From contig NIVC01004014.1 of the NCBI GenBank assembly GCA_002269645.1, positions 1 through 64,000 on the forward strand: a stretch of 64,000 nt of DNA, in the 5' to 3' direction. The position numbers were made by a program, and so were the translations under genes. The notes under the pieces were generated by a model. That model searched no databases. It worked only from the letters and a program-made list of their open reading frames with translations, and was not told where the DNA came from. Positions 1 through 12,370 of the stretch are shown here, piece by piece (within the stretch, counting starts at the first letter, position 1; each line of letters begins with the position of its first letter). Source of the stretch: Macrostomum lignano. Its lineage: Eukaryota.

Positions 1-3000
1 GTTACATTCGCAAGATTTCTATCTAGATAGTTCACATTTTGTTGACTTACTATGGATATAATTCAGGCGTGCTGATAATTTGTCAAGTTGGTATTTCTCA
101 AACAGATTAATTTTCTATGAGTTCATTTGTCATACTTTTGGTGATTGTCTGCTTATTTGAATTTTCGACAACTTTCTAACTACTAATAAACAGTTCTAAA
201 TGTGACGTTACAGCACTAGCGGCTATGTTGGATAAGCAAACGGGTTTCAGATTGCTTGTTTAGCTTGTTTGCACTCTTGTAGCAGCGCACTGGAGAAAAT
301 CATGGAAAAGACTCAATAGAGTAGCTCTGCTACTGGTTTCTATTCTATTGAACGTTTATCTTTACTCGTGTTTTGGTTAAGACAACAGTAAATAATTGCG
401 TCAATTTAGCAGTGGTATAATCAAGGCGGCTTATGCAGTGGCTACGCGACAAAAAAACTTCAGTTTAGGAAAGCATCTTGAAAATTAGCGGGCTTGGACC
501 TCTTTTTCAGCAAAAGGATTTCCTGTAAAAAGCAACATCTTCCCTTTCCTCCTGGGCTGCATTTGAGAATTCTTATCTTCTACTTGAGCAGCTTATTCCC
601 GTTCTGTCTTGACAAAAGAAAGGCAATTAATTAAAGTGAATGGAAGCGCTCAGGCTTAAGAGACCGTTGCAGCTGAGGCTTTTTTCTTATGCTTGAGCAA
701 CACAGACTAACCCGACTTCATGCTTCTCTAGCTACTGTTAGAATGGATTGGACAGGACGGGTTGGATGTAATGCGATGCTACCAAATCTGGTCAAGTCAA
801 CCCCTCTCAGCGTCTCGCCAACTGGCCAGTTTGGTATCAATATTTTAGAAGCCCTTCAGGCTAGAGAAGACTCAATCCACCTACTCTTGACTCTTCATTC
901 CTTTCTATTTACTGACACGCTTGAGGCAAAGCTATTTCTAACATTACTGACACTGCATCTTGTTCCTCGTATGAGAAATAGTTCTCATTACTTACGGTGA
1001 TGCTGGCTGAAAGCTAGTCTGCAATTGTATTATTTATCGTGAGTGCATTGTAAAGTTAGTCAGTTTGATTTATTGCATTCCAAAGAGAAGAGCTCAAGGT
1101 GAAATTCAGACCGTGCAACTTTGCGTTCGTGTCCTTTGGCTAGAATATGCTTGTCGTATTAGTGTACGTACTTAGAGCGTGTGCCTTGGGGTTTTTTCAC
1201 TATACTGGGTAAACTATGAAATAGATACCCCAGTACCAGTACTTGTCATTGTTGGCAGTTTTCCTACTTGGCATATCCTCACATCTCCCTTTGGTTTTCC
1301 TGTTCTCCCTGTCTATAATCATAGTTTTTTCTCCGTATTGTCTGGTTTTTTTTGCGCACGAAGCCAGTAGCTCAATGCTAACATGGATCTGTGACTGTGA
1401 GGATAAAATAATCAATGATCCCTGTGTCTTTCTGAGCCACCCTTCCCATCTCCAACTTTTTCGGAAGTAGCAAAGTTTTCTCAGGGTAGTCTATATCCCA
1501 GTTTCTACCGCCCAGAGTTGTGCATGGCTGTTTGATCTAAATTCATCGATGTTTTATAGTCTTCCCGATCTCTCGTATCTATATACGAGCTATGCTCTAG
1601 ACTTCTACGAGCGTATCTGTGCTCCACCCGTCTCCGGAAAGCGCGACAGTCAATCAAATCCGAGTCCCGCTCCCCCTCTCTTTCCCTCGCCAAACTGAAA
1701 CTCGGCATGGCCCAGGAAAGAAAAAAACTAGGCAGGATTGACGCGCAGTGACAAGAGCGTCTCTGGTTGTGTCGATGGGAGGAGGAAATTAAATTTTCTA
1801 CTGTTTTCTTTTCACAAACGCGGCCTGAGCTATATAAGCCATGATAATGCAATGCGTGTGCAAATAAGCTGTCTTCACTTTTTACTTTTCTTTTTTGTTC
1901 GGCTTTATTCCTCCCAGGCCATGGAGCCTAAACTCGCGCCAACTCTCTCTCTCCCTCTCGCCTACCCCTTCCGTTGTGGGGGTCTCTCATTTTCCAGTCG
2001 AATGAGCAAATAAGACTTCTAAACGGTCAGTGAGGCAGCGTTGGATCCGCCTAGCTCTCGACTGGCTGCCCTCTGTTATGCGAGTATTTTTTCCCTCCTC
2101 ATGTATCCTGTATGCACCAAGTGCTACCTTATTTATTGCACTTCTAATACGATGTGAAATAGTTCAGCTACAATAATGAGAAGGAATCGCGAGGGCAATA
2201 GGCTAGCTGGCTCACATAAGCTGAAATATGAGCGCTATTATGACTTCATTTTTGTTCTGGATGAAGTGTATTGATCGATTGATTCATATCCGGAGTGCGC
2301 GCTCTCCTGACTGGACTAGGATGGGATCACAGCTGTCACAGGGACTTATTTTTCGGCTGCAGGTGGATGCGATTGCACTACGGCTTTGCATTCCGAAATT
2401 CGAAACTCCTTTCGTGCATGCAGGAGTCATCAGAGAACAGACATCACAATTTTATACAAGCTGGTAGCTTGTGAAAGCTAAGTGAAAGTGATTACCATAG
2501 AAAGTAAACTCCCTGGTTCGGCATACTCGTGTGTTTTGTAATTGCAAGTCAGCCTGAAGTTTGAAAAAATTGACATTTGAGCGATTGGGCGGCAGAGTTA
2601 GGAGCATCAAAATAGACAAAATGACATCCTCCGCGAGTTGGCATTCTTCGTCTCGGCAGAAGAAACAGTCTCGAAGAACAAAAAGTTTGGCTTACGTCGA
2701 AGGAAAAACTGCACAACTGCACTGCACATTTTTACATGAAGTGGCTTATTGTGCTACGCCAATAACAACAGATTCTATTGCTCAGCTGTGCGCTCATAAA
2801 AAAAGTTTCTAAGACGACGGCTGGTTGCTATGCGGAGCTGATTTCGCTTCAGTGCTTTAAGTATTCACTAACTTGGGGTGCCCGCGTTGTCAGCATTTTT
2901 AGATCTCTGCTCGCATCCCAGTGGCTATAAAAGCCATTGGGCTATGGGCTATACAGACTTGTCAGAGAACTCAAATACATTAAATATCCAGATCTTGTGC

Positions 3001-4505
3001 ACGCTCATACGCACACAGGCTCAATAGAGAGAAAGGACGACCACATGAGCCGTTAATATAATATTGCATGTGCCGTTCGTTTGTCAGGCAATCACCATCA
3101 ATGCCTTGGACTGGGACCACGAGCAGTTTTGGGAAGGGAGAGAAAGAACCGTAAGAATGTGGTACGCCGAGCAGTACTTCGATTTGGCGAGGGTTGCAAG
3201 CAGAAGCGGTGGCACTGATGACGGCAAAACAGTGCTAGATGGGAAGCAGCGAACTCTCTGCGGCTTAATTTGGCAGGGGCTACGGCCCTACTATTCCTGA
3301 CCAGCTGCTGCCGGCGGAAAAAGCAGACGGATAGACAGAAGAGTTGAGTTTTTTCCCGCCGGACTCTTGTTGTTTGATGGGGCTCGGGGCTGTAGAGCGC
3401 CCTACTCAGGCGAACGCCTCTCCCTCTGTTAGTTGCCTCCAGCATTTTTCTTTGCCCTGGCGTTCCTGCTTTCTCAGAATCGACCCGCAGAGAGGTCGGA
3501 GGCACGAGGCTGAGAGAAACAAGGCGAGGCAGGCCTTTTCTTTCTGGACACACAGCCCTCTTTTTTCGCGGTTTGGTCTGGTCGGAGAAATCGCGCGGCC
3601 GATTGGTTCGTGCGTGTGTGTGTGGACAAGAATAATAATAATTTCCATCTGGAACAAGTCTCACCTGTGCTTTCTACTTTGCTTCCTCCCTACCTCTTGC
3701 ACTGCAAACTAGGAAAAATATGTGACGTCGGATTTTTTCGGGCGCAGTGAAATTTTTTGCTCATCGATCAAAAATGCCTTTTCTAATCTGCCGGCGCACG
3801 CATCAGGAAACGAAATCTTGCCACTAGAAAGTACATTTTATAAGCTCACTCAAATGGATTTTCAATCTCTTGTATTACCTTCTGACTGCATAGGCGTGGC
3901 ATCAGTTCAATTCGCTGGATTCCATTTCCAATCGAGCGCATGGTGGCTTAACAGACTTCTGTTTTTAATTTAATCCCCTTTCTCCGTCTGTCCGCCTCTC
4001 TCCAGTCCATCGCGCCCGCCTAATGATCAGAATTTCCCCTAAACTGCAGCTCCAATTACTTGAGGAAATTGAGGCCTCGCCTTTCAGAATCCAAGGCTGC
4101 TGAACTGAACCATTTGAGATGCTCAAAATTCATTAAAACTCTCGTGTTAGGAGAGAGGATTAAAATCGGCCTTACGAAAGCTTTTTCTCTATGCAATCGA
4201 TGGATGCTCAACGGAATCTAATCAGATGCTATGGGTCTCTGTCTCTTTTGTTCATCTTTTTTGTTTTTTTTTCAATCAAGTCCTCTTGTTAAGCAAGGCT
4301 TACTGGGCTTACATGACCCCGTCTACACCCGCCTCTTCTGCTGCTCGAGGCTGTCGCACTGTGGCAGCAGCCTCATCTGCCGCGGCAGCTGGCTAGGGCC
4401 GGCCTGCTGGCAAGTCACCTAGCCGGGGCCGCTGCCCTCCTGCGGCTGCTGCAACTGGCCGCCGAGCCGCTGCCCTCCTGGCTGCACAGCTGCCTGGCGC
4501 CGGCT

Positions 4506-5630
4506 TTGATTTGTAAGCTCAGACGGCGCCTGTTTCGCGCCCTGTCCGGATTGGCGCCGGTCTGCCGGACTTCGGAATCTGCTGGCCGGCTGCGCCTCAT
4601 GCCGGCGCTGCTGCAGCCACCGCCTGATGAAGCCGTCTGCGATGAGCTTGAGCACGATAGCTGCGCCGCTGAGCAGCAGGACCCGCCAGTTGTCCTTTTC
4701 GACGAGGAGGGCCGACTGTTTCCCGAGGACGACGACGACGGCCTGGGCGCGTCGGTCTTTGGCGACGGTTTCTCATCGTCGGCCAGCGAGGGCGATGAAG
4801 TGGAGGACTGCGAGGGGGGCGGCGGCGCCGAGCTGACTGAGGAGCCGGCCTGGCTGGAGCTGCAGGAGCCCAACCGCATGGTGCGCCTGCAGGGTCCCTA
4901 CCGGCTGTGCTACGGTCTCAGCCCCACCAACCAGCCATTGGCAGCCGAGGACGCCGACGCCGACTCTCCGTTCTGCGACGCTTCAACGCCGGAGCCGCCT
5001 CGGCCGAGGACTTCGTCCTGTTCGGCGGCCGCCGCCGCCGTCGTTACCGAATGCCCAGCATCGACAGATCCGGCCGCACTGGAGAAGCTGCAGCGCCTGG
5101 AGGCTGAGCTGGCAGCCCTGCGCGAGCAGGTGGCCCGCCTCGTGTCCGCCCAGGAGAGCTCCGCCAAGCAGGAGCCGCCGCAGGCGCCATTTCGTGCGCC
5201 GCCGCCGCCACCGCCACCTGCGCCTCCGCCGCCACCACCGCCGCCGCCGCCAACCCCGTTAGTGATTCCGCGCCGCGGCCGGAACGCCGGCGATGGCGGT
5301 GCCGCAGCAGCTTCGCCGTCGGGCTCCAAGCCGCCGACGATGCCGGCTATCGACATGGGCGCCCTGCTGGCCGACATCGGCAAAGTCCGCCTGCGGCCAA
5401 CCCGGCAGGACAAGTCGCCCGGCGGTACGCCGCTGAAGCCGCGCAACCGGGCGCAGGACCCGCGGCGCCAGGAGCGGCGCCAGTCGCCAATCAGCGGCGA
5501 CCCGGCCGCCATCATTGCCGCCGCTTTGCAGCGCAAATTTAAAAACGTCGCCTCGCCGCCGCCGCAGGCGACTCCGACAGCAGCAGCGCGGCAGGGCGGC
5601 GACAAGGAGAACGGGGAGTCTTTTGCTTGA
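4506..5630 (+). CDS. MTFR1: Mitochondrial fission regulator (MTFR1/MTFR2, FAM54) family protein
   Basis: Contains the family-type coiled coil DPAALEKLQRLEAELAALREQVARLV, then a polyproline tract, MGALLADIGKVRLRPT and DPAAIIAAALQRKF, in the same order as in vertebrate MTFR1/2. The frame is open from 4317 and the first in-frame ATG is at 4599, so the true start or an upstream exon is uncertain. Confidence 0.78.
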   Translation: MICKLRRRLFRALSGLAPVCRTSESAGRLRLMPALLQPPPDEAVCDELEHDSCAAEQQDPPVVLFDEEGRLFPEDDDDGLGASVFGDGFSSSASEGDEVEDCEGGGGAELTEEPAWLELQEPNRMVRLQGPYRLCYGLSPTNQPLAAEDADADSPFCDASTPEPPRPRTSSCSAAAAAVVTECPASTDPAALEKLQRLEAELAALREQVARLVSAQESSAKQEPPQAPFRAPPPPPPPAPPPPPPPPPPTPLVIPRRGRNAGDGGAAAASPSGSKPPTMPAIDMGALLADIGKVRLRPTRQDKSPGGTPLKPRNRAQDPRRQERRQSPISGDPAAIIAAALQRKFKNVASPPPQATPTAAARQGGDKENGESFA

Positions 5631-6223
5631 GCGGGATTCTATTTTTATGTTCTATTTAGTCTTTGTTGGATCTCTGTTGGTCCCATCTGTGTTCAATCGG
5701 TTGTTATTTTCAATGCAAACTCCGCCAATTATTTTCCCTACTGTCTAGTAGTATCGATGGGACATTTTCATTATTAATATTTTCCGATGCAATATGAAAA
5801 ACACGGTTTTCGTTGTGCATTTTGCATTGACTTGGTTTTATTATAACAGTACCCATGCACTGCATGTTCCAGTCCGAGCATTCTATATAAAATATATGCC
5901 AATTTTTTGTTGTCCTTTGCGTTTTACAATTTCCTAACTGAATATATTAAATGGTGCTTCTGCATCATCGCCATATCGCTCATTGCGCTGCAATCTTAAC
6001 CCAGGTTCCAATGCTATTCGCAACACTGGCCATGAGAATATAAACTGCTGACTTGTTTGTGACGGCTAAACTGCCGTTTGATAATATATAATTAATGATG
6101 GGCGCATCGTCCAGCTTCAGCCCTGAAGAAAGTCTCATGTTTATTGCTATTAATAATTTGCTGACTCTTGTAATCTGTCCTGGTTGGATTTTACTAGCCA
6201 ATAAAAACATTCCTGGCCAACAA

Positions 6224-6727
6224 TCTAGGGGTAAGATTTCGGAGCTGGTAATCTAGGGGTGAGATTTCAAAGCTGGTAATCTAGGGATGAGATTTCAAAG
6301 CTGGTAATCTAGGGGTGAGATTTCAAAGCTGTCAATCTAGAGGTGAGATTTCGGAGCTGACAATCAAGGGGTGAGATTTCGGAGCTGCCAATCTAGGGGT
6401 AAGATTTCAGAGCTGGCAATCTAGGTGTGAGATTTCGGAGCTGGCAATCTAGAGGTGAGATTTTGGAGCTGACAATCAAGAGGTGAGATTTCGGAGCTGA
6501 CAATCAAGGGGTGAGATTTCGGAGCTGACAATCAAGGGTGAGATTTCGAAGCTGGCAATCTAGGGGTGAGATTTCGGAGCTGGCAATCTAGGGGTGAGAT
6601 TTCGAAGCTGGCAATCTAGGGGTGAGATTTCGAAGTTGGCAATCTAGGGGTGAGATTTCGGAGCTAGCAATCGAGGGGTGAGATTTCGGAGCTGACAATC
6701 AAGGGGTGAGATTTCGGAGCTGACAAT
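6224..6727. repeat. 28-bp minisatellite (agctggcaatctaggggtgagatttcgg), about 18 copies
   Basis: Direct tandem periodicity of 28 nt. It lies upstream of an acceptor-like tatccagcag just before the ATG at 6838, so it is probably in a 5'UTR intron. Confidence 0.95.
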
Positions 6728-6837
6728 ACCAGGTGCGTGTCTTTAAAGCGATACTTCAAGACTGGGATAGTGGGGCTGACAATGTTTATGATGACTTTTT
6801 GACCCCAACCTCCCACAGCACCTGCTATCCAGCAGTC

Positions 6838-7644
6838 ATGTCCAGCGACACAGCAACTACAGCAACGACAGCAGCAACATCGACATCAGCATCCGCTTCT
6901 TCCTCAGCAGAACCCGCTGCTTCCGTTACTGCAAACGCGGCCTTTCAGGAGCCGCCCATCTTGACCATGGAGGACGGGGCAGCGGCTGCACGTCGGGTTA
7001 ATCAAGGCGGAGGGGGCGGCGGCCAGCGCTCGCGAACCTCTGCGACGGCCAAGGCAAAGTCCGGCAAAGCTGCCCGAAGACCCGCGACAAAAGCGGGAGG
7101 TGGCCGCTCGCGCGCTGCTGGCGGCGGCGGCGGTGGCGCCCGCAGCGGCGGAGGTGGCAGCCAGTCCCGACGTCGGGCCCGGGGCGGCGGCTCCGCATCC
7201 GGCCCGGAGTTGCCGTCTGGGCAGGCGCCGCTGCCGCCAGGCGCTGTGCGGATTTTCACGGATGATTTTCTCCGGCTGAATGCGCAGCGCGAAAAGCTCG
7301 CGCGCCAGCTGCGCCGCTCCGTCATTGTGCGCGAGGAGGAGGCCCTGCTGCGGGCTCGCCACACCGAGGACCTCGCTGACGCTGTCGCTGATCTGCTAGC
7401 TCGCCGGGACGCAGAAGAAGCCGACGCTGAGCTGCTGACTGCCGGGCTGGCCGACCTTTGCCGCCGGGTAGTCGAAGCGTTTCCTCAACTGGCATCGACA
7501 GCCGATGCTGGCGACGGTCCCGAAAGCGCTACAGCGGAGCAGCGGCTGGCTGCGAGCGTCAATCAGCTGAGCAACCGTCTGGATCCCGAAGCTGTTAGAC
7601 AAGTGCTGGTGGAGTTTTCAACTGCATTTGAATCGGAGAAATAG
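6838..7644 (+). CDS. HMG20A/B (BRAF35/iBRAF)-like coiled-coil protein with a low-complexity N-terminus and no HMG box seen
   Basis: The C-terminal half VRIFTDDFLRLNAQREKLARQLRRSVIVREEEALLRARHTEDL...LADLCRRVVEAFPQL matches the remembered HMG20 coiled-coil domain ([43 protein letters not shown]...). ATG at 6838 is in the frame of ORF 6733..7644. Confidence 0.7.
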   Translation: MSSDTATTATTAATSTSASASSSAEPAASVTANAAFQEPPILTMEDGAAAARRVNQGGGGGGQRSRTSATAKAKSGKAARRPATKAGGGRSRAAGGGGGGARSGGGGSQSRRRARGGGSASGPELPSGQAPLPPGAVRIFTDDFLRLNAQREKLARQLRRSVIVREEEALLRARHTEDLADAVADLLARRDAEEADAELLTAGLADLCRRVVEAFPQLASTADAGDGPESATAEQRLAASVNQLSNRLDPEAVRQVLVEFSTAFESEK

Positions 7645-7974
7645 CCGCTTGCGATATAGAAATTTTCAGCATAGTGCATTTTGAACTGAGTTCCTATTCT
7701 CTTTAGCCTTTAATATAATAACTATAGTAATTATGACTGCCTTGAATGTTTAGTTGCGAAAATTATCGAGATGTTATTTTAGTGACTCATTTTCTTATCG
7801 GCATTTGCATGTATAAGCAGGCTTCGTTTGCCAGCAATCCGGTAGTGCCGGTGGTCCGCAGCAGCGCGGTCCCCCTGTCGGAGGGTCCAGTATGTCAGTA
7901 TGAATATTTGTAAAAATGATTGTTGCAAATATTTGGCTTAATAAAAATGTTTAATGGCCAGATGTGCAACCGAC

Positions 7975-8209
7975 AGCTCAGCCGCAGCTATTGCGCGGCG
8001 CATCTGGAGGCTGCTTACGGCTGTTCAGTCCAAGGACTGGGGGGGTCGCCACACACACCCTCATTTACCCCAGCTAATGCTGGTACCCATTTTATAGCTG
8101 GGTGAACTGAGAAGCAATGTAGAGTTGTCTTGCTCAAGGGCACAAATTGTTCCGAGAACCAAACCCATAACCTTTCCAGTCGTGAGTCCGATGTTCTAAC
8201 CACTAGGCT
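7975..8209 (-). mobile_element. tRNA-derived SINE, family A, copy 1
   Basis: Highly similar to 44229..44428. The minus strand starts with a tRNA-like head (box A tagtggttagaac, degenerate box B) followed by gtgcccttgagcaagac...cacccagctataaatgggtacc, which resembles conserved SINE central domains. Confidence 0.8.
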
Positions 8210-8811
8210 TCAACTACTTCTGACTTAAAACCAGAGATGTTGTGAGATTCAATTTAGACTACTGTGACTAGTAGACTAATAAAGGTTTGGATCGCGAAAT
8301 CTTTCGCATAGCCCGAAAAATGTCGCCATAACAAATTGCAAGATAAAATAAGCGTCCGTGTACGAGTACCCGATTACCATATCTCTTGGCATTCTCACGC
8401 CCACTCCGCTAACTGTCTCTCGCATCCAATTTTCCTGCTTTTCTTTTCTTGATTCTCTTTTGTGCCTGTGACGCCTTCCGTTACTGCGCAGCTTTGACGC
8501 CTCCGGTGAAGTTCTCTGTGGAACTCGTTTTCTGTATCTTGTTTCTGCGCGGAGGCCTTCCTACGGAATGTTCTACCTCCGGCATTCATCTTCGCGTCTT
8601 GACTTTGTTTAAGAAAAGAAAATGTTTCTTGTCAGCGGTAGCGAAGCTGGTGGTCTTCTGCGGTTTCTTGCTTTTAGCCAGGAAACCGTCGGCAGGCTTT
8701 AGCATCCGTTCTAGAGGCTATTGTGTGCAGTCAATGCTTTCTTGATCACCAATTTATAAAGCGGCAGACATTGAAACAAATTTTGCGCTCCCTGTTAAGC
8801 TGCACAAGTGA

Positions 8812-9583
8812 ATGCCACAAAAACCACTCGGCATGCGTCTTAGCCTCGCTATTGTTGCAGTAGTCGCTCTGCTGGCCTCTGAGTCGCTGTGCCAGCGCAA
8901 GGCCACTCGGGTCTATGTCGGCTGCTTTGTTGACTATGCTCTACCTAACAGGGACATGCTGGGTCTGTTTGGCATCGCCCAGCTTGGACCGTTTAGCGTC
9001 ACCTACATGCTCAACGGGTTTGTGAGAAGAAGCGACATGACGGTGTATCTGTGCATCGAAATCTGCACCTACGACGGCTTTCGATACTCTGCGGTGCAGG
9101 GCATCAATTACTGCGCCTGCGACTCCAGCTACGGCTCCTGGGGTCCGGCACCAGAATCTGAGTGCATGTACCAGTGTGCTGGAAATGCTAGCCAAGTCTG
9201 CGGCGGATCGTACCGAAACTCTGTCTACGAGAATGTGTACTCAACCAGTGAGTTCACATTCAGCTGAGATTATAATTGAATTATCAAGTCTCAACCTGTC
9301 TCGTCCATTGGCAGAACCCATTTTGCCCCGTGCAGTCCCGCGGAGTCTTCATTTCCGCAAGTTAGCCGCCGCTGCCGCCCCTCCGCTGGTCACCACTGCC
9401 GAATTCGCCGGCTCCTTGGGCTGGGACGTCAAGACGCAGAGTCTGATGCAGTGCGCAGCCTCCTGCGCCCGGTCTGCCAGCTGCTCCTCCTATCGCTTCA
9501 ACAGCAGCAGCGGCCTCTGCCGCCTCAGCAGGTTCGCCACCGCCTTCGCCAACGAGACTGGCGATGTGTGGATCGTCGGCTGA
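8812..9583 (+). CDS. Secreted WSC-domain + PAN/Apple-domain protein (exons 8812-9247 and 9315-9583)
   Basis: Signal peptide (MRLSLAIVAVVALLASESLC; alternative ATG at 8833). WSC motif YVGCF...MTVYLCIEIC...YSAVQGINYCAC...CMYQCAGNASQVCGGSYRNSVY. A phase-1 intron 9248-9314 (gtgagt...ggcag) joins in frame to the PAN-like QCAASCARSASCSSYRFNSSSGLCRLS. Confidence 0.85.
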
Positions 9584-9933
9584 AGCCTCGGGAGTCCGGC
9601 TGGTAGTTTTGGTTAAACGCCTTAGTTAGCCTTCATCCTGCTTCAAACTGTTTTTGATGAAGCAAAACTCTTTCTGAACTCCAGCAACAAGTTTTTCAAG
9701 GCACTACTCTCGTAATCTAATCGAGAAGTTCAGAAATTTGTTGAATTTAATATTTCAAATTTAGTTTTCTTGGTTTCAACGCCAAATCTGGCTTAGATTT
9801 TTTTACTGTCTCGCAATAAATCAACTATCACTGGAACTGGCCGCACGGTTGAGCGAAAAATTCCATAAATAAAGCATGCTTCGAGAAGTCGCTTGATTTC
9901 TGGTTAATGGGGAATTTTCGACAATTAGTTATT

Positions 9934-10174
9934 CAGTGGCGTTGCCATGGATTCTATGGTGGGGAGTTCTTTGGCGCCGCAGGCACTCATTTTGGCGCCG
10001 CAGGCACTCATTTTGGCGCCGCAGGCACTCATTTAGCTCGTATTGTGGCGCCCTGAAGCAAGATTTCCATAACGGGTCACAAAGTGGGGCGCAGGGAGAC
10101 AGCATTGGCATTCCCCCATAGCTTTTACTGGGGGGGGGACATGTGTCGCCCCCCCCCCGTTGGCGACGCCCCTG
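9934..10174. mobile_element. MITE-like element with short imperfect TIRs and an internal 21-bp repeat (x3)
   Basis: The left end cagtggcgttgcca and the right end tggcgacgcccctg are imperfect inverted repeats. ttttggcgccgcaggcactca is repeated internally. No clear target-site duplication. Confidence 0.55.
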
Positions 10175-12043
10175 GTGCGAGCCAAGCTGTTGCACCGCAT
10201 TGAGATAGGGAATCATGCATAACGTCAGTTCTATGCATGTATTATTATTAGACTGATAGTAGTTAATAGCAACATACTCTACTTTTCAAATCAGTCCAAG
10301 TAGTACATGAAGCTTTCTAGCGCAGTTCTATATAGTTTTTTTCAGAGAATTTAAACTCCAAACTTGGCGCGCGACAAAGCAGAGTCAGTCAGTAAATTCG
10401 TAGCCAAGCCCAGCGAGAGCACAGCTCGTATACTCTGCTGCCACCCTAATTATCGCGCTCGGTCAGTGCAACTCAAACCAGCTGAGCAACTTTGCTACCA
10501 ATTGCGACAGCTGGGCTTAGACGAAGGAGTTTGTCTCTCATCTCCGGTTTCCGTGTCCGCTAAGTTCTGTTGCCATGCCAACGCGTCATCCTCTGTAACC
10601 CGACCGAACGTTGCGGCTTCATCGCGTACTGCAGAAAACAAGTTTTCCCTTGGAATTCCGTTGCTACCCAGCCAGCCATATCGGGGCAGCCTTGTACGTA
10701 GTTTGGTCTGCCGAGCGAAATTAACTGCTGCTTCTGCCGGAGGAGACGCCCGCGCATTCTGGCAGCCGAAGTCGAGGCCAATTAATTTGATGCAGATTGG
10801 ATTTCCTTGCTTTTTTGTTAAAAAGGGGAGGCGGCCTGCATGGGTATAGGCCTGGCTGAAGTCCGCATGCTGACGAGTCCTCTTTGCATCCAGTTGCTGC
10901 GGTCCCTCCCTGCCCCCGCTCCATTTCACTCAGTAGAAAAGTGGACCCAGCCGGTAGAGCGGCGGACCAATGGAATAAAATAGGACAAATGCTTGTGTGG
11001 CGAGCTTGGAGTCTAAACCAATCTCACTGACGGTCATTCTATATTCCCCTCCGCTCCCCATCATCCAGGCGGGTTCTGCCCTCTGAGCTGGAGTTTGAGT
11101 GTTGCGAAAAAAATCAATTCCCTCGCTCCTCATCTCACTCCGGTCTGTCTGTTGCTTCTCAACTTTCGCACGGGACTACGCCTCTGGTCCTACGCGAGGA
11201 ATCTGTCTCGCTCATTCGATATTGCAGACTGCGGGTTGCCGGCTGTCTCACTATCTCCGACTTTCTCATCCGTCAACTCGTCTGTTCGTTGAGCCATGCA
11301 GACTTCATTTGATTTTATTTGTTTTATTTTTAGCCTAGAGGAAAAAAGAAAATTGCAGCCGCTCGCATAGTCAGCCGCAATGGCTCGGCATCGCCCTCAG
11401 CCGCCACCCCATTCAATTTGAACGGCCTTTTTCTACTACTTTTTCATTTCCCAGCCCAGGCTGCCACGATCCGCCAGCGCCTCTCCGACGGGTACCGGAC
11501 GTGTTTCGCCCTGCTCTTCCCCTTCACCTTACCTTGCATCCGTGCAGCTTCCCTGCTCCCGTCTCTCTGCTCCCCGCACTGGCTCTCATCTCCTAAGTGG
11601 TTGGCTGACCGCCTGGCCAATCCGGCTGGTCTTCAGCCAAACCGTTCACAGCAGGCAGCCTTGCACAAAAGCAGCATAGCGAGGCTGTCCGCTCTGTGGA
11701 GCCCCGCGAGCACGGCATTAATTTGCCAAAAACACCGCGCTGGGTTGTAAAACTCACTGAGCAATTGTAAAACCTGCCGGACCATTAGAATCCTGCCTGC
11801 CTCGGACCAAACACTATTGGGCTTTGGCTAATTTTGCGCGAAGCGTACTGTTCTCTCCAATTCGCCTGACTGCACGTGAGTGGGCGGCTTGATTTTTGTG
11901 ATTTGGTCTCCGTCAGAATGCAGTTTGGAGTTTCAGTTTAACAAATGAGCTCCGCATGCACAAAATCACCATTGAGATTCATACAGAGTCTTCAATTAGC
12001 TGCTCAATGTATCTCCATTTTTTACTTGTGTATGAAGTACTTT

Positions 12044-12370
12044 TTAAGCGACATTGTCACCAACCAGCGAGAGGCATTACTGCCCATTCCGCCGACCCCC
12101 CTTAGCAGGCACACAAGCGCGCGGATACGTACGCAGTCATACGCACAGGCACTCACACAGGAGTGTACAGCGGCCCTAACTTTATTTATCGTTAGGCATG
12201 TACACTTCACTGTGCCTGTGAGGTTGGCCCTCAATTATAAGGCCGTTAATTGCACGAGCAGAGCCAAGCCGAGATTTCAATTTAGCCCCAAATAAATGTG
12301 ACTGCACTTGGAATCGAGCCTGGGCCGCTGGCACATCAGAGCGCCGCGCCAGACTACTGGGCTACGGCCC
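12044..12370 (-). mobile_element. tRNA-derived SINE, family B, copy 1
   Basis: The reverse complement is highly similar to 58336..58693. It has a gggccgtagcccag head, box B ggctcgattcc, and a body containing gtgtacatgcctaacgataaataaagttagggccgctgtacac. Confidence 0.85.

Noticed and set aside
689-3712. Possible exons of an unidentified gene (e.g. 1560-1700, 2364-2462, 3088-3150)
   Set aside because: Some splice-like signals exist, but there is no recognisable motif and no consistent exon chain.
4415-7602. Antisense and alternative-frame ORFs over the MTFR-like and HMG20-like genes (and likewise over the Kv1 and TTLL exons)
   Set aside because: These are expected shadows of GC-rich coding sequence.
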